The notes under the pieces: generated by a model | Told to the model about the DNA's origin: nothing | What the model saw: the letters and a program-made list of their open reading frames with translations, nothing else | Database searches by the model: none | DNA from: Lytechinus pictus | Lineage: Eukaryota | Reading direction: 5' to 3' | DNA: 64,000 nt | NCBI RefSeq assembly: GCF_037042905.1 | Contig: NC_087250.1 | Location: forward strand, 22,446,001 to 22,510,000 | Made by a program: the position numbers and the translations under genes | Shown here: positions 14,201-29,200 of the stretch, one piece after another | Layout of the letters: each line of letters begins with the position of its first letter | Numbering within the stretch: the first letter of the stretch is position 1

Positions 14201-17200
14201 CCAAAAACCAAAAATTAAAAAAAAGGTTATCTGAAAAAGCAATTCCTCTTCTTCATACTGTGAAATTTTGAAGTCATTGAGTTGAATAAAAGAAAAGATA
14301 CAAGAGTTTCTTGGACACTACTTTTTCAGACTGCTTGGAAGTCGGAGATTACACAATGTGCACATCTCATGCTTGAGTGAACCCTGAACTTCAAACCTTG
14401 TTTTCTCTTTATATTTTAAGCTCTTCCTGAATTTCCTCTGCATTCAATCAAGTACTTGTAATGGTTATTTTTTGTCAATTCTAACATATCATATATAATT
14501 TTAAAGCTTAGGGAATGAATTTTCAAGCTCACTAAATATCTCAATATTCATTTTGGTCGACTTATTGTTGGTTTTGGGGTGGCAGGTCACATATGCTCTG
14601 CCCCCACCCCTTCGACCCGCTATTATCCTGAAGAGAATTTGATAGCATGATAGCACACTGCAATTTTCTCTTTTTTTTGTACTTTGGGTACACCATAGCA
14701 CAAACATATTGATCAAAGTAATCATCAATTCCTATATCATATCATGCATTTACATCACCTATGTGACTCTTGGCATGTTGACCTGTATTGATTATTGCTG
14801 TATTTTTGAATATCTTGAAAAGAATATGGTCTTATTTTTGTATTAGTTTGTTTGAGCACACCATAACATCAACATATTGATTAAAAAAATTAATCAATTC
14901 CTTTTTCATCCCATCTATTTTACATACATCATATTGTGAATTTCAGCATATGGTGACCTATGTTAATTCCATGAGTGGTATTTGGAACATGTTGGAAAGG
15001 AGCTCACTGCAATTTTCTCTAATAAATGTTTTGAGCCTACAGTGGCACCAGCATATTGATCAAAGTAGCCATCAATCCGTATTTTATTTCATTTTTTTTT
15101 GTCTCACCTGCATAGCAGAGTGAGACTATAGGCGCCGCTTTTCCGACGGCGGCGGCGACGGCGGCGGCGGCGGCGGCGGCGGCGTCAACACCAAATCTTA
15201 ACCTGAGGTTAAGTTTTTGAAATGACAGCATAACTTAGAAAGTATATGGACCTAGTTCATGAAACTTGGCCATAAGGTTAATCAAGTATTACTGAACATC
15301 CTGCCTGAGTTTCATGTCACATGACCAAGGTCAAAGGTCATTTAGGGTCAATGAACTTAGACCATGTTGGGGGAATCAACATCAAAATCTTAACCTAAGG
15401 TTAAGTTTTTGAAATGTCATCATAACTTAGAAAATATATGGACCTAGTTCATGAAACTTATACATAAGGTTAATCAAGTATCACTGAACATCTTGCATGA
15501 GTTTCACGTCACATGACCAAGGTCAAAGGTCATTTAGGGTCAATGAACTTTGGCCGAATTGGGGGTATCTGTTGAATTACCATCATAACTTTAAAAGTTT
15601 ATGGATCTGATTCATGAAACTTGGACATAATAGTAATCAAGTATTACTGAACATCCTGTGCAAGTTTCAGGTCACATGATCAAGGTCAAAGGTCATTTAG
15701 GGTCAATGAACTTTGGCCAAATTGGGGTATTTGTTGAATTACAGCCATAAATTTGAAAGTGTGTTGGTCTAGTTCATAAAACTTGGACATAAGAGTAATC
15801 AAGTATCACTGAACATCCTGTGCGAGTTTCAGGTCACATGATCAAGGTCAAAGGTCATGTAAGGTCAAAGAACTTTGGCCACGTTGGGGGTATTTGTTGA
15901 ATTGCCATCATATCTCTATAAGTGTATTGGTCTAGTTCATAAAACGTGGAAATAAGAGTAACCAAGTATCACTGAACATCTTGTGCGAGTTATAGTAGTT
16001 TTCAAAATCAGCACTGCTGCTATATTGAATCGCGTGATGCAGGTGAGACGGCCAGAGGCATTCCACTTGTTTATTCATGTTTTACTTCACATTTGTATTA
16101 TCATGTGATTTTGAGCATAGTGATTTTCTGCTTCTTCCTCTCAATACAGACCCATGTTGATTCCAGCTGTGTTTTGGAATATTTTGAAAAGAACATGATT
16201 TTCCCTATTTTAGTTTGTTATAGCATGCCATAATACCAACATAGTAAGAACTTATAATAATGTATTCTATATAATGTAGTATCCTGTGACTTTGAGCAAA
16301 GTGATCGTTGTTGATTCCAGCTGCATTTTCTAGTATCTTTGTAAAGCTCATTGCCATTTTCTTCTTTTTTTATTAGTTTATTTAAGCACACCATAATCTA
16401 CCAACATTTTGATCAACATATTCATCAATTCAAATTCATTTATTTCACATCTCTAAAAAAACATACAAGATACAATACATCGAGATCAATCAAAATGATT
16501 CCATAGTAATAGAGTAATGAATATTGTAAAATTACAAATTAACAAAAATAACAAATTACATAGGGTTATGAATGCAATGTGAGGGAATAGCAAAAGCCAA
16601 ATAGACCCATCTAGGCTACTCCCTAATTAACATTCATTACTGAATTGATTATCATGTATTCCATATGTGTAGTATCATGTGATTTTGAACATGGTGACCT
16701 GTGTGGATTCCAGCAAGATGTAACGGATGATGGAGATTGGAGCCTAGGTACAGGTGCATCGATGAACCTGATATATGGTCCTGAAGTAGACAGTACATAC
16801 CAAACAGCACAAGGTACGGAAAATCTTCTTCTTTTTTTCTTTACTAATGCATGTTTGTATTTAAAAAATCGGATCAAATCTCAGTATTTACAGGTATTCA
16901 AAGTCTGTGATGAAGAACTTAATTACAGGCAATTTAAATTCTTTCAAAAGCTAACCAATTCTAAACATAATAGTGTAGTGCAAGAAATAAACATGGTTTA
17001 AAACATTATTTTTCATATTTATTTTTTGTTAAACAATGACGTCAAAAAAAGGTAGGTACTTACCAAAAACATTTATAAAACATATTCATAAAACTTAATA
17101 GAAATAAATGAAAATATACAAACATGTACATGATCAGGGATTCATTATAATCTGGTATTTCACACTAACTATTTGAAATCTTGTTTAGTAGTTAGGAAAA

Positions 17201-20200
17201 AATTATCTGCTGACATCCCTGCTTTCAATTGAGTTACAAGAAGGCTGTCTTACTGGCGAGCGTTTCATCAACATTTACGTCTGACAAGTTGTCAGATCTA
17301 ACAACTTTCCTTGATTTTGATTGGCTGATAGGCACTATTACCATAGTAACTGTTGGATAAGACATTACTTGTCAGATAAAACATTCGACAAGTCCTTTCA
17401 TTAAGCGTTCCCCAGGTTTTGTCATTCCAATTGAATAATTAAAGAGAAAGAAGATTGATATATTTTTTTATCAGTTTCTTTGTATTGAAGATTAGTTACC
17501 ATAGTTACCATAGTAACAGTGCTTCTCAGCCAATCAAAACAAAGGATAGAACTGAAAATGTCAGAGTTACAATGTAGTATTACCAACATTCATAAAATGC
17601 CCCTTCCTCTCCCTCCAGAAGATGCCTATGATAATACCAGTAAGTTTTTAGATTCTGAGTGTGACTTGAGTTACTGAAATTTCATGTTAATGTATTACTT
17701 TATATATTTGATGATATTGTTGAATATCTCATAATGGATTATTACCCCAAAGCTCTGATCCTTTCTTTTCTGTGACAGGCCATTTCCTGTATGTTGACAA
17801 CATCCAGAACACGCCAGCAGATAAAATCCGTCTAATCTCTCCAGTGTACCCCTCCACCTATCAACGATGCATTCGATTTTGGTTTTATCACGCCGGAACT
17901 GTTGCCTCGTATCTACGGGTCTCTCTCAATGTTGGTGGCGTCCCGGTGCAGTACTTGGTCGATGGAGGGCTCCCTCTCATGGGCAATTTGTGGACAGTGA
18001 TGGAGGCATCTTTGTCAAGTGCACTAGAATACACAGTGAGACTAAAGCTTTTTACTTCCATATGCAAGTCTGGATCAAGGGGATAGCGGAATGTGCAGGT
18101 GCATCCGTTAAAATGTGAAAATATAATGGTGCATAGAATGCCTAAATTGTGCAACTGTTGTGATGGCCTTTTTTTTCAAAATTTTGGGAAAGTTCACACC
18201 CCGTAAAAGTCCAACTCTGGATTTATGCCTGCATAGGTGTACAGTTCGTATCAAAAAGGTTTACTTTAGTGTTCTAGATATTGGTATTTAAATGTAACAT
18301 AAATCACTTTCAGACGTTGGACATATTAGTCATACACTTGGTTCTTAACCCTAACAAGTTTGGGATGATATGTCCAATAATAATGTGTATTGGTGACAAC
18401 TCTCATGTGAAACCAGATTTCTGGTGAAATAGGAACACGATTTCAAAATGTCTAAAGTTTTTCTTTATTTCGTTAATTGCATGTATTGCTGAAACATTGA
18501 TGTTGAGAAAATGATGGCATAGACAACAAATTCACTATTTGAATGTTCACTTCCATTAGGATTTATAGAGGGCCTATTTTTTATTAAGGGAAATTTTCAG
18601 CAAAGGTTTATTTTGATAAATCAATTAAGGTTTCTTCTACTCTCCTAATTTTGTGAATTTGATGAAAAACAGTGATAATTAATGCAAGTATATTTCAAGT
18701 CATTTGTAGCACCGCCCAAAAGGAAAAATGACCGCTATTAATGATATTCACATAACATATTTTCCTTTTTAGATTGTCTTTGAAGCCACAGTTAGCCAAG
18801 ATGGCATCTTAGCCCTGGATGACCTTGACCTTACCAAGGACACCTGTGCTCCACCTGGGTCATGTGACTTTGAATCGGACATGTGTACATACGTCAACAT
18901 CCCGTCCAACTGGCTTGGGCAACAAGGGACAAACATTGACCAGTTTGATTGGTTACGTCATAGTGGTCCAACACTTGCATCAGGAACAGGTCCTTCCACA
19001 GACCATACTCTCGGGACACCCCTAGGTAAATATGATAAAATGAAAGGTCATCTTCTGTATCTGAATTTGTTAAGCAACTCTTTTGGGTCTTTTCCATGAG
19101 ATAATCAAACTTTTTATGTCTGACCCACATTCCTCTACATTCTTCACTTTATGAACTGCTCAATTTTTAGATTACAAATTTTCATACCAACAAGAAGCTG
19201 TCTAGGTTTGACTTAAAAGCATCAGTAAAATTAAATCTGAGCTGAATCTATATCCCAATTCACCCAGGTTAATACATTTACACTCGCTCCTCCCGACCCT
19301 TTCTTGCTGACAACACTGCATGCCCTGTTCATGTTAGCTGACTTTAGGCTGACTTTTGCCTGAAATGCAAAGCCCAAACTGAATACAATCCTAATTCTGT
19401 TTCAAATTCACCCAGGTTACTATATGTACATTGACTCCTCTCCACCACGCCTTGCTGATGACTCTGCCCTATTCATGTCAGAGACAATCATTGCCCAAGG
19501 TGACATGTGTCTCTCTTTCTGGTACCATCTATACGGCTCTGGGACGCTGACGGCCTGGGTTCGAGCCGGTTATGATCTCAGTGACTGGAGCAGTGTCTGG
19601 TCCATTTCATCAGACCAGGGAGACAGGTGGAACCATGGCCTTGTGACATTAGCAGACATGGGGACTAATTATGAGGTGAATGTTATTTTGGTACTTTTTT
19701 TTTGGCCCCTCTGGAACCAAGTGATCCCCTTACAAAGCTAACTAGTCTTACAGAACTGAGATGTCAACAAGCTAAGAAGCTTGTTAATTATTAAATGTTG
19801 GTGATAAGTATGATAATAATGTGATTTAGAAAGCCCCAACTCAAGAGGTTTTTTAAACCAACATGAGTTGTCGAATGATAATGTTTAAGTATATGAGTGA
19901 ATAAATTGATTACTAATTTTATATCAAATAAGTTAATGTTAATTATTATTATCCATGTTGCTATTTGCTTGCAAGGAACAGAACAGTTTCCAATAATATA
20001 CAATGTAATGTATAGTTGGATTTCATGAGCAGACTTTAGTATAAAGCAATGTAATCTAGCTATCATATTGTAGCATTATATTATTTAACATAGGATAATA
20101 GTGTAATTCAATGAATGAATAATTATTTCAATTTCTTATACTTTTTATTTGTGAAATGCAGAGATTAATTTTATGCACGTTCCATATCATCATCATACAT

Positions 20201-23200
20201 CCGTACTTAATTTCTTTTACATTCCTCCCATTAGATCATCTTTGAAGGACAGGTTAGAGCACCCTCTACCAGCGATATTGGTTTGGATGATATAAGCCTA
20301 TACGAAGGGGCATGTTCCACCCCCACCCCTGCCCCGCCGTGTCAGTTCTACTGTGGAAACGGAGAATGTCTTGCGGATGCAGCTCTGGTCTGTAATTTCC
20401 AAGATGACTGTGGCGACAACAGCGATGAGATGAACTGCGGTCCGTGTGACTTTGAGTCTGGCCTGTGCAACTACACAGATGTCAGTGACGGCAGTTTCAA
20501 GTGGTTAATCGCCTCTGGAGCCACGCCCACAGATAACACCGGACCGTCGTACGACCACACCCTCGGCACATCCTTAGGACACTACCTATATGTGGACTCC
20601 AGCCAGGGATCGGGATACAGTAAAGCTATCCTAATGTCCCCTGAGCTTCATGATGCCAGCCCGTCTTGCCTGATGGAGATATGGGTCCATCTCTATGGAA
20701 CAGGTATGAAATGCTTTTGTTATGCCATATATGCTTTTCACACTATAGAAATTTTCCTTAACCCCAGGAAATAGGTGGGGCTAAGGGAGGGCCTTAGCCC
20801 CACCAATTTTCCGGGGTTAGTATAGACAACTTCGGTTTCACACTACGTTTAACGAAAGTGGGCTAGCACGGTAAATAGTATAGTACTATCTGGCCCTGCT
20901 AAAAAGCAGGGTTAGCCGGCGTATTGTGGTGCTAAGAACTGCAGTGTGAAACCAAACTGTGCTAAGGAAACGTGGGGCCAAGCATTGCCAATCAGTGAAG
21001 CTGGAATTTCACGTTAATCAATGTGTGGTAAAAATCAATATTTATGAGCTGTGTAGTAGTCCTGGTCTAAAGCATTAACCCCAGCTAAGCAAGTAGTATG
21101 GGATTAACAAAGAGAGTCTGAAACTAAAAAAAAGATAGTATGGGGTTAAGGATATTCTGGGGTAAGGGATTAAGGAAATGCACTGTGAAAAGCATATTTG
21201 AGTTACACAGCTGACGTAGGGTCAACATTTACTCTTCATTTCCTCCTCAAATTGGCAACAATTGATAATTTTCTATCAATTTTCATATTTTTAAATAATT
21301 ACATATGGATTCAACATGGTTCAAACTTGATAACCAAGCAGTCAATATGATGAAAAGTTGCAAATTTTTCTTTTTAAATAGTGATTTTATTGTTTAGACC
21401 ATGTTGCCAATTTAGAATGTGTAATGATTGGTTCAAATTAAACAGCTTTATAAATAAGCCAGTTCACGGTTAGCTCATGATCAACTTTTCTTGCATGACC
21501 TTTGTGATTTTTCACTAGGATAAGCACTACCATTTTCAAATGTAGATGTTGCGTAAGCTTTACCGGTAGAGTATTCAAATTCTAAGAACAAAAGGCATTG
21601 TATAGACCAGGTGACTAGAATAGTACATCAGGGATAAAGTTTGGAAATCTGTATTATTGTCTGCTTTTGGCACATTTGACTATTGTTTAGGCTACTGTCA
21701 AATACCAGTGATTATGAAGGCTCTATTTATTACTCTTCAGCTTGGATGTGATAAAATGAACCTTTTGAAAGGAATACATGAATAATCATCAAATCACAAA
21801 TGCCTATGTCAGTGAATTTGAAAGCCACCTTCATGGTTTATCTCAAAGACCTTTTTCTGCTCGTGCGCAGTTTACAACCGTGAACAGGCTTATTAAGGGC
21901 ACTGCGTGTTGCAATGGGAGAAATATATTTTATCAGAACATTTCTTCTTTTCGTCGCTAGCAATTCAGAAAATATAGAAACTGAAAACAAAATTACAGTT
22001 CGTTTTCATATTTTTTTGCCACAATTGTTCACTGGTGGGTATATACATCTAATTCAAAAACATTTTTTAAACAGAAATTCTTAAAATGTTTAATCTTATC
22101 CTAAAACAGAAACAATCAAACTATCATTGTCTATTGCTCATGAACGAATATGAATCCCCATCATCATGGCATTCCATAATAAAAAAAAAATGTTTTCATT
22201 TTTTTCCAGATGTTGGAAGCCTTGGAGTGTTTTTGAAGTCCGGTCTCTCCAAAACTCTTCTCATCTATCTATCAGAAGATCTTGGCAACCAATGGACCAA
22301 AATTGAGCTTGGTATTGGAAGAGTACGCGGTGCATTCCAGATACAATACGATGCAACCCGTTCATTTGATGTCCTTGGTGATATTGCAGTGGACGATATT
22401 GCATTCATGGGGTGCGGGTTTCCTGGTCCTTTGGCGCCTTGTAGTGTATCAGATTTTGAGTGTTCCAATCAGGTGTGCATTGATTCCTCACGTGTGTGTG
22501 ATCTGACTGATGACTGTGGAGACCTATCAGACGAGATGCAATGTGGTAAGAACTCGTTCTTCTTTCATATGTAGAATTTGTGGAATTCATGTTATTTTTT
22601 GTACTTATTCTTTGTAGTATACTTTCTTACATTCTTAGTAGTAATTTTTAGTATTTTGTTTGACATTCAACCCCATCTCCGGGTATGAGAGCTCAAAAAT
22701 ATGTCTAAATTCCAAAGACCTACATGAATTTGAGAGCAAATTTTTTACAAATATAATATGGACCTTTATATTTCTCAACCATGACTGAATATGATATTAA
22801 TATATATAATTCAAAGTAACAAAATTAGCATTTTACATGATATCTTTGATATGTTGAATTTATTTATGATTTGTGATGCCAATCATATATTTTGTCTTCA
22901 CGAAATCATGAATCCTCAAATTTGATCCATATGCTATATTTCATTAGATTCCTACAACCAGTGTGATTTTGAGACGGGTATATGCAGCTGGGAGCAGTTA
23001 GGTAACGATGAGCTTGATTGGTACCGGTTTGCTGGGATCACCCCTAGCACCTGGACCGGTCCAACCCGAGACCACACTACAGGACTAGAAACAGGAACCT
23101 ATCTGTATCTCGAGGCCTCAAACGGCAAATTCGGTGACCGAGCCCGTCTGGGCAGCCCCGTACTCCTCCCCATCCCCCAGGGGTCTGCAACACAATGTGA

Positions 23201-26200
23201 GCTACGATTTTACTACCACATGTATGGAGAAAACATCAACACTCTGACGGTATACACCAGGGAAATCATCAACGGTCCACTGACGGTGCTTTGGCAGCGA
23301 AGTGGGGAGATCGGTGACTTTTACGAGAGAGCGAATATTGTCCTCACGAACCGGACTCCATTCCAGGTTATTATCGAAGCCACCAGGGGTGACAATGTCC
23401 GCGGTGACATCGCCATTGATGACACAAGCTTTAGCTCTGCCTGTCAGATCAGCCCCACACCCTTGCCTGATGTATCAACCATTGCCCCCACCGTTCCACT
23501 CACCACATTGCCTCCATGTGATCCCAACTCATACCAATGTAGGAATGGTAGCTGTATCGATATAGACCTGAGATGTGACGGGACACCAGACTGCCCAGAG
23601 AATGAAGATGAAATGAATTGCGGTGAGAGCATACCTTTCAATCTATCACAATTTTAGATTTGAATTTCAGATTTCAAACAATTTTAAACAATAAAATTTT
23701 TAATTTTCTTTTTTTTTCATTACATTAGCCTGTATTTTCTCAGTGTCTGTCTGTTTATTATGTAAAATTTAAGTTCATGTTAATTTAAATCTTGTTCAAA
23801 AGTTGTTTTAATCTTTTCATGATAACATCACATTTCCATTATAATCTTTTTGTAAATTTTCACGGATATACATTTAACATCTAGCTATGTTGCTTGTTAT
23901 ATCTTTTTAATGAAAATGTTGAAATTCAATTCCATTCTGAATTCTATGCATGACTTAAATTAGATTCACTAAAGAATTATCTATTTATTTACTATATGGT
24001 CTTCCATTTACTACATGTATATAGCTCTATCCTAAAGGAGACACACTCTACATTTGTCTCATTAAGGCTAAATTCACTAGCAAATTGCCTCAATACCATG
24101 TCACTAACCCACAGGAGATTGCGACTTTGAGAGTGGCACTTGCGATTGGACCAGTTTTGACAACGGGCTCTACGTTTGGCACCGCACCGCAGCTCAGGAC
24201 TCTCCAGCCGGTAGGGCTCCCTCTGTTGACCACACTTTGGGTTCTGCTGCTGGTTCATACGTCTTTGTGGATAGTTCGTCAGGGACGTTTGGCGTGACAG
24301 CATTACTGGTTAGCCCTTCTCAGCTTGGTCGCACTGGTCAGAGGTATGTACATGTATAAAAAACTGTCTTTCAATCGGTTCACACAGAACTACTTTTACC
24401 TTCTCCGGTCTTTGGTACGTATCAGTACTTTTTGGAGGGCAATAGATATCTATTAATTGAATTTTCGTTTTACTATTTAACCCTAATTCTCCCGGGGGGG
24501 CCATAATGCCCCCCCCTCAACAATTTCTGCGATATATCTGCTGCGCAAAATTTTTTAACCTCGCCGCTCACTGACTTTTTACTTTCAAGTCTCGCGCAAA
24601 TTTTGAGACCAAATTTGTGACGCCCGGGTACGCGATTACGACATTACGCAACATTTTGTTAGTGCATGTCAGACCCCAAATTGCTCATAAACGTGATTTC
24701 ATGTACAAATCCAATGCAGATTGTGTATTAGCCAAAATTCATAAATGTATCATTATTTCTACTTTTACTGATTAAACTTAATTAATTTTGCCTTGTTTAT
24801 GATCAGAATTAAGTCTCAAACGATTTCCATTGAAAAAACAATAAAAAACAAAAAGTAAAAAAACAAAGAAATACTTAAGAAATTTAAAAAACAATAAAAT
24901 ACATAAGAAATCGGTCTTGGTACCAGGATTTTTCTCGTTCACAATTGTGAGGAATGCTATAAAGAATATTTTCACCAAAAAAATAGCATTCTAGGAGCTT
25001 TATTTAGTGAATCAGAGCAAAAAGTATGATTTCATGAATAAATTAGCATAATTAATTCATATCAAATAAAAATATATGAATTCAGTGAAATTTACCAATG
25101 CAAGTGCGTAGATTACGTCATTCTCTACCATCATGCAAATTTTCGTTGTGATCGCGCAATCCGCGGCTGAGATCTTAAGGGGGGGCCATAATGGCCCCCC
25201 CCCCCCCCCCCCCCCCCCGGTAATGACAAGAATCAAAATACCCCGGAGATTTAGGGTTAAATTGGTTTACATTTTTTTCAATCTTAGGTAGATATGTACA
25301 TGTATGTATCATTGAACAAAGCAAATATTGGATTTGAATTTTGTTAATCTTCAGTAGGTGTGTACTCATCAGTATTTTTTATCTTCAATGAATCGCTGTA
25401 TACTTTTAATATTATTAGTATACTGTTATTATACTATTAGTTTTTATCTTCAATCTTTGGTAGATGTGTACATATTAGTGAATTATTTATTCCAAATATT
25501 TTATTGAATCACCCAGTACTAACTTCTTCAATCTTTGGTACATGTGTACACATCAGTGATATTTTTTCTGAATATATTTGATTGATTCTTCATGCATCCT
25601 TTACATTGGTATCTACAAAGTGGACACTTGAAATAGGAGTGAAAATATAATCTAACATTTCAACAGTTAATTGATCAATTATTTTAATTCTTTTCTGTCA
25701 ACCCTATACAAGTTCTCATTGTACATTACATCATACCAGTAATAATAATAATAATGATAGCTATTTTTATAAAGCACTTTTCCCATAATGGCCCAAAGTT
25801 CTTTACAGCATATTATTACCCAGGTCATCGGATCCCTGCGTGACCGCATGCAATGTATGCACCTTCTCCACTCCCTGGGGAGCATCCCAACAAGAGTTCC
25901 CAGACTCAATTGCTAGGCATACTACATAGGCTTTCGCATCCTACCGGGTACCAATTTAGCACATGGGTCCAGAGTGGCAAAGTGTGGATAACGTGAAATC
26001 CTTTGCCCAAGAACATTCTCATGCTGTTTTGACTGCTTTTTTTAGTCAAATGATAAAACTATTATGCATACTCACCTTGAAAAATCACTTTTGATTTCTT
26101 AACTATGCACGAGCTTGTAACCCCTACCGAGGCGCTTCGGACCTCGGCGGTTACTTAGCGACGCTTGGCTATTTTTCAGATATCCATGAAACAAATTGTT

Positions 26201-29200
26201 AAAAAAACAATATTTTTGCCTTTTACATTCATAGGTGTGAGCTGCAGTTCTATTATCATATGTTAGGTGGCAACGCTGGCACGCTATTGGTTGCTCTCTA
26301 TGACAACAACATCCTTGATCCCTCCTACGTCACTATCGCGGGTGACCATGGCAACCAGTGGAATATGGGAAGCCTGTCAGTGGGACCCAGGAACGCTGGC
26401 CAGTATTATGTGAGTTTATCGTGTCAGTGGTTTGTGTTTTACTGTATTTTTTTTCACAGCAATCAGCATCTGCAAGTGAAACTGTTACTAAATGCATTAG
26501 TGTGCCTTTGAAATTAGGATTGAGTTAAATGATGCACAGCGCAGATTCGGCAGTAGATATTAGTTCAATTCCCTCATTGTCTCCCACCACCTTTCTCTAC
26601 TCTTTTTTACTCCCTTTTTTTTTTAAACCATTAGTTATACAATTCTTTTTATTTACAGTATTAAACTGTACTGGCCCATTTCAATTCCAACCCCATCCTC
26701 TTTCTCTCTTTCTCTCTCACACACACACTCTGTTGTGCAATGTCTCTTTCTCTTTCTAATCTAATCTTTCCTTATTATCACATTCTTCCTCCTTCAATCA
26801 GTTTCCCAACTTTTGCAATCAATTATGATAATATGATTTTTACCTATCAAAAATAGGATTTTCTGATTTATCTGAATGATTTCCTTTCTAGTTTTAATTA
26901 TTCCTGTATTTTTTATACCTTATTCTTTTCTCCATTTTAATTCTTTATCTTTTTATATTTTTTAAATATAGATGATTTCTTTTTAATATCTGTTAATGAT
27001 CTATGTCATCAGTTCATTTCAATTTATCTCCCCTTAAAGAAAACCAAAGTGCAGATCAATATAATACAATATTCAATACATATAGTAGCGGGGTGTCATG
27101 AAAAACACATATTTACAGGATATATCATATAAAGTCTATTATGAACATTTCTACATGACTTTACTGACTATTCTTTCTTTTCTATAGATCCGGTTTGAAG
27201 CCTCCCCTGGTATTGGTTTCAATGATGCCTCACAGACAACAGACATTGCTCTAGATGATATATCATTCATTAATTGTGCAGATACTGACGGTCAGCCAAT
27301 ATTTTATTCTAGATTTTTGTTATATTTATATTTCCCCTTAAATAGTATCCGCCTTATATATTTTTAATTCAAAGCTTTATAAGTGAACATTGTAATATAA
27401 CAATTGCCCTTTATGAATCACTCATGAAATTCCATAGATGATTAATGATGATTTTTAACTAGCAAGTAATAAATATGTGTGTTATTGAGAAGTGTTTTAT
27501 CATTACCTTTGATTCAATTATCCAATGTTTTATTTTCATTTTGTATCAGTTATTATTTACCCATAAGATTTGTTTCATAATGCATGTAAATCTTATTTGT
27601 TTGAAGTACATGTGCATAAATGTATAATATTCCTTCTTTGCAAATCGCATGGTGAGACTCTTGTCTAAAATGTGAGTCATAGTTATTATTATCATTATAT
27701 ATCACTTAATTGTCATATTTCTAATAAATTATGGATACTTATTTCTGACAAAAAATGTGGTAAATTAATTTCCTTAAAAAAAATCAAGAATAATTCTTTG
27801 TGAAAAGCTTGAAAACTGATCAAATAACCTTCAGTAAAAGAACACCATTATGATCATACCCCTTTACAGATGTATCATGTGACTTTGGAGCTGGCGATAC
27901 GTCAGGCACGCTCTGCGGATGGACCCAGGATACAAGTGATATATTTGATTGGGTCATTAGAAAGGGAAGCACGCCCTCATCTTACACCGGGCCAGCCAAT
28001 GACCACACAACTGGAGATGGTGTGTCATCATCAATTTTCCATTTTTGCATGTCTGCGTTTTTTATGTGACCTCATGAATACATAATTAACCCCATTGAAG
28101 TCAATGTATCATTGGGCTGGTTCTAAATGTTAGGAACCAGGGCCCGTATTCCATAAACGAGATAAGCATGCTTAAGTCAAAAATCTAAGCATTTTGTCTT
28201 AGTTTTCTGTCTAAGACAAAATTCTTAGCCAAAACGCGTATTCCATAAAGAATTGGCTAAGAATTTTGTCTAAGAATTTGGCTAAGAATTTTTGCGCGAC
28301 TAAGACAGATTTAGGATGAATGGCTAAGTAACTTTTCTTAAATATGCAGAGTCTGTATTTCATAAATTCTACATGGCTAAGAATTTTGCCCTAACCTTAA
28401 GACAGTTGTGAGTTGTCTTAATTGCTTTAAGACAACGTTTAAATCCAACAAATCATGGCCAATTTTTTTTTAGAATTTATACCTTTATTGCATTTCGAGC
28501 TACTTCCTCAGTTTTTAACAAATTTTCATGAAATTTGGAACACACATTGGTCTTAAGGTAAGGAGGTGTAAGAATTTTTTTTTTGCTTTTTCAGAAATTG
28601 TGTTGCCATGGTAACAGTATATTATGGCCAAAATTTAAAATTTAAATTACTTCATCGGTTTTCTACCAATTCTCATGAAAGTTGGCTCACACATTGGATT
28701 TGAGGAAAAGATGTGCAAGACACAATTTTGCATGTGTCGGAAATTGTGTTGCCATGGTAACAGTATATTATGGCAAAAATTATGTATAAATCTTGCTATT
28801 CCAACTACTTCCTCAGTTTTTAACCAATTCTCATGAAATGTGGCACAAACATTAGTCTTGATGTGAAGATGTGCAAAACATATTTTATGCCTATATACAA
28901 AAATTGCGTTGCCATGGTAACAACATATTAAATAACGAAAATTAGGTGAAAAATTTGTGGTTTTAACAAGTTTACAATATTTCAACCACTTCTCATGATG
29001 TTTGCCACAGACATAAGTCTTGAGGTAAAGATGTGCAAGACACATTTTAGCATGTGTCGGAAATTGTGTTGCCATGGTAACGGTATATTAGGGCAAAAAT
29101 TATGTAAAATTCTTGCAGTTCCAACGACTTCTTCAGTTTTTAATCAATTCTCATGAAATGTGGCACAAACGTTAGTCTTGATGTGAAGATGTGCAAAGTA

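Noticed and set aside
24340..25560. Further exon-22 donor shadows (TCAATCTTTGGTA.ATGTGTACA repeats)
   Set aside because: Repeats are evident but too short and degenerate to tie to the exon end with confidence
28647..29075. 142-aa minus-strand ORF as a transposase remnant
   Set aside because: Lies within the internal tandem array, translates repetitively, and shows no DDE or Myb-like motif
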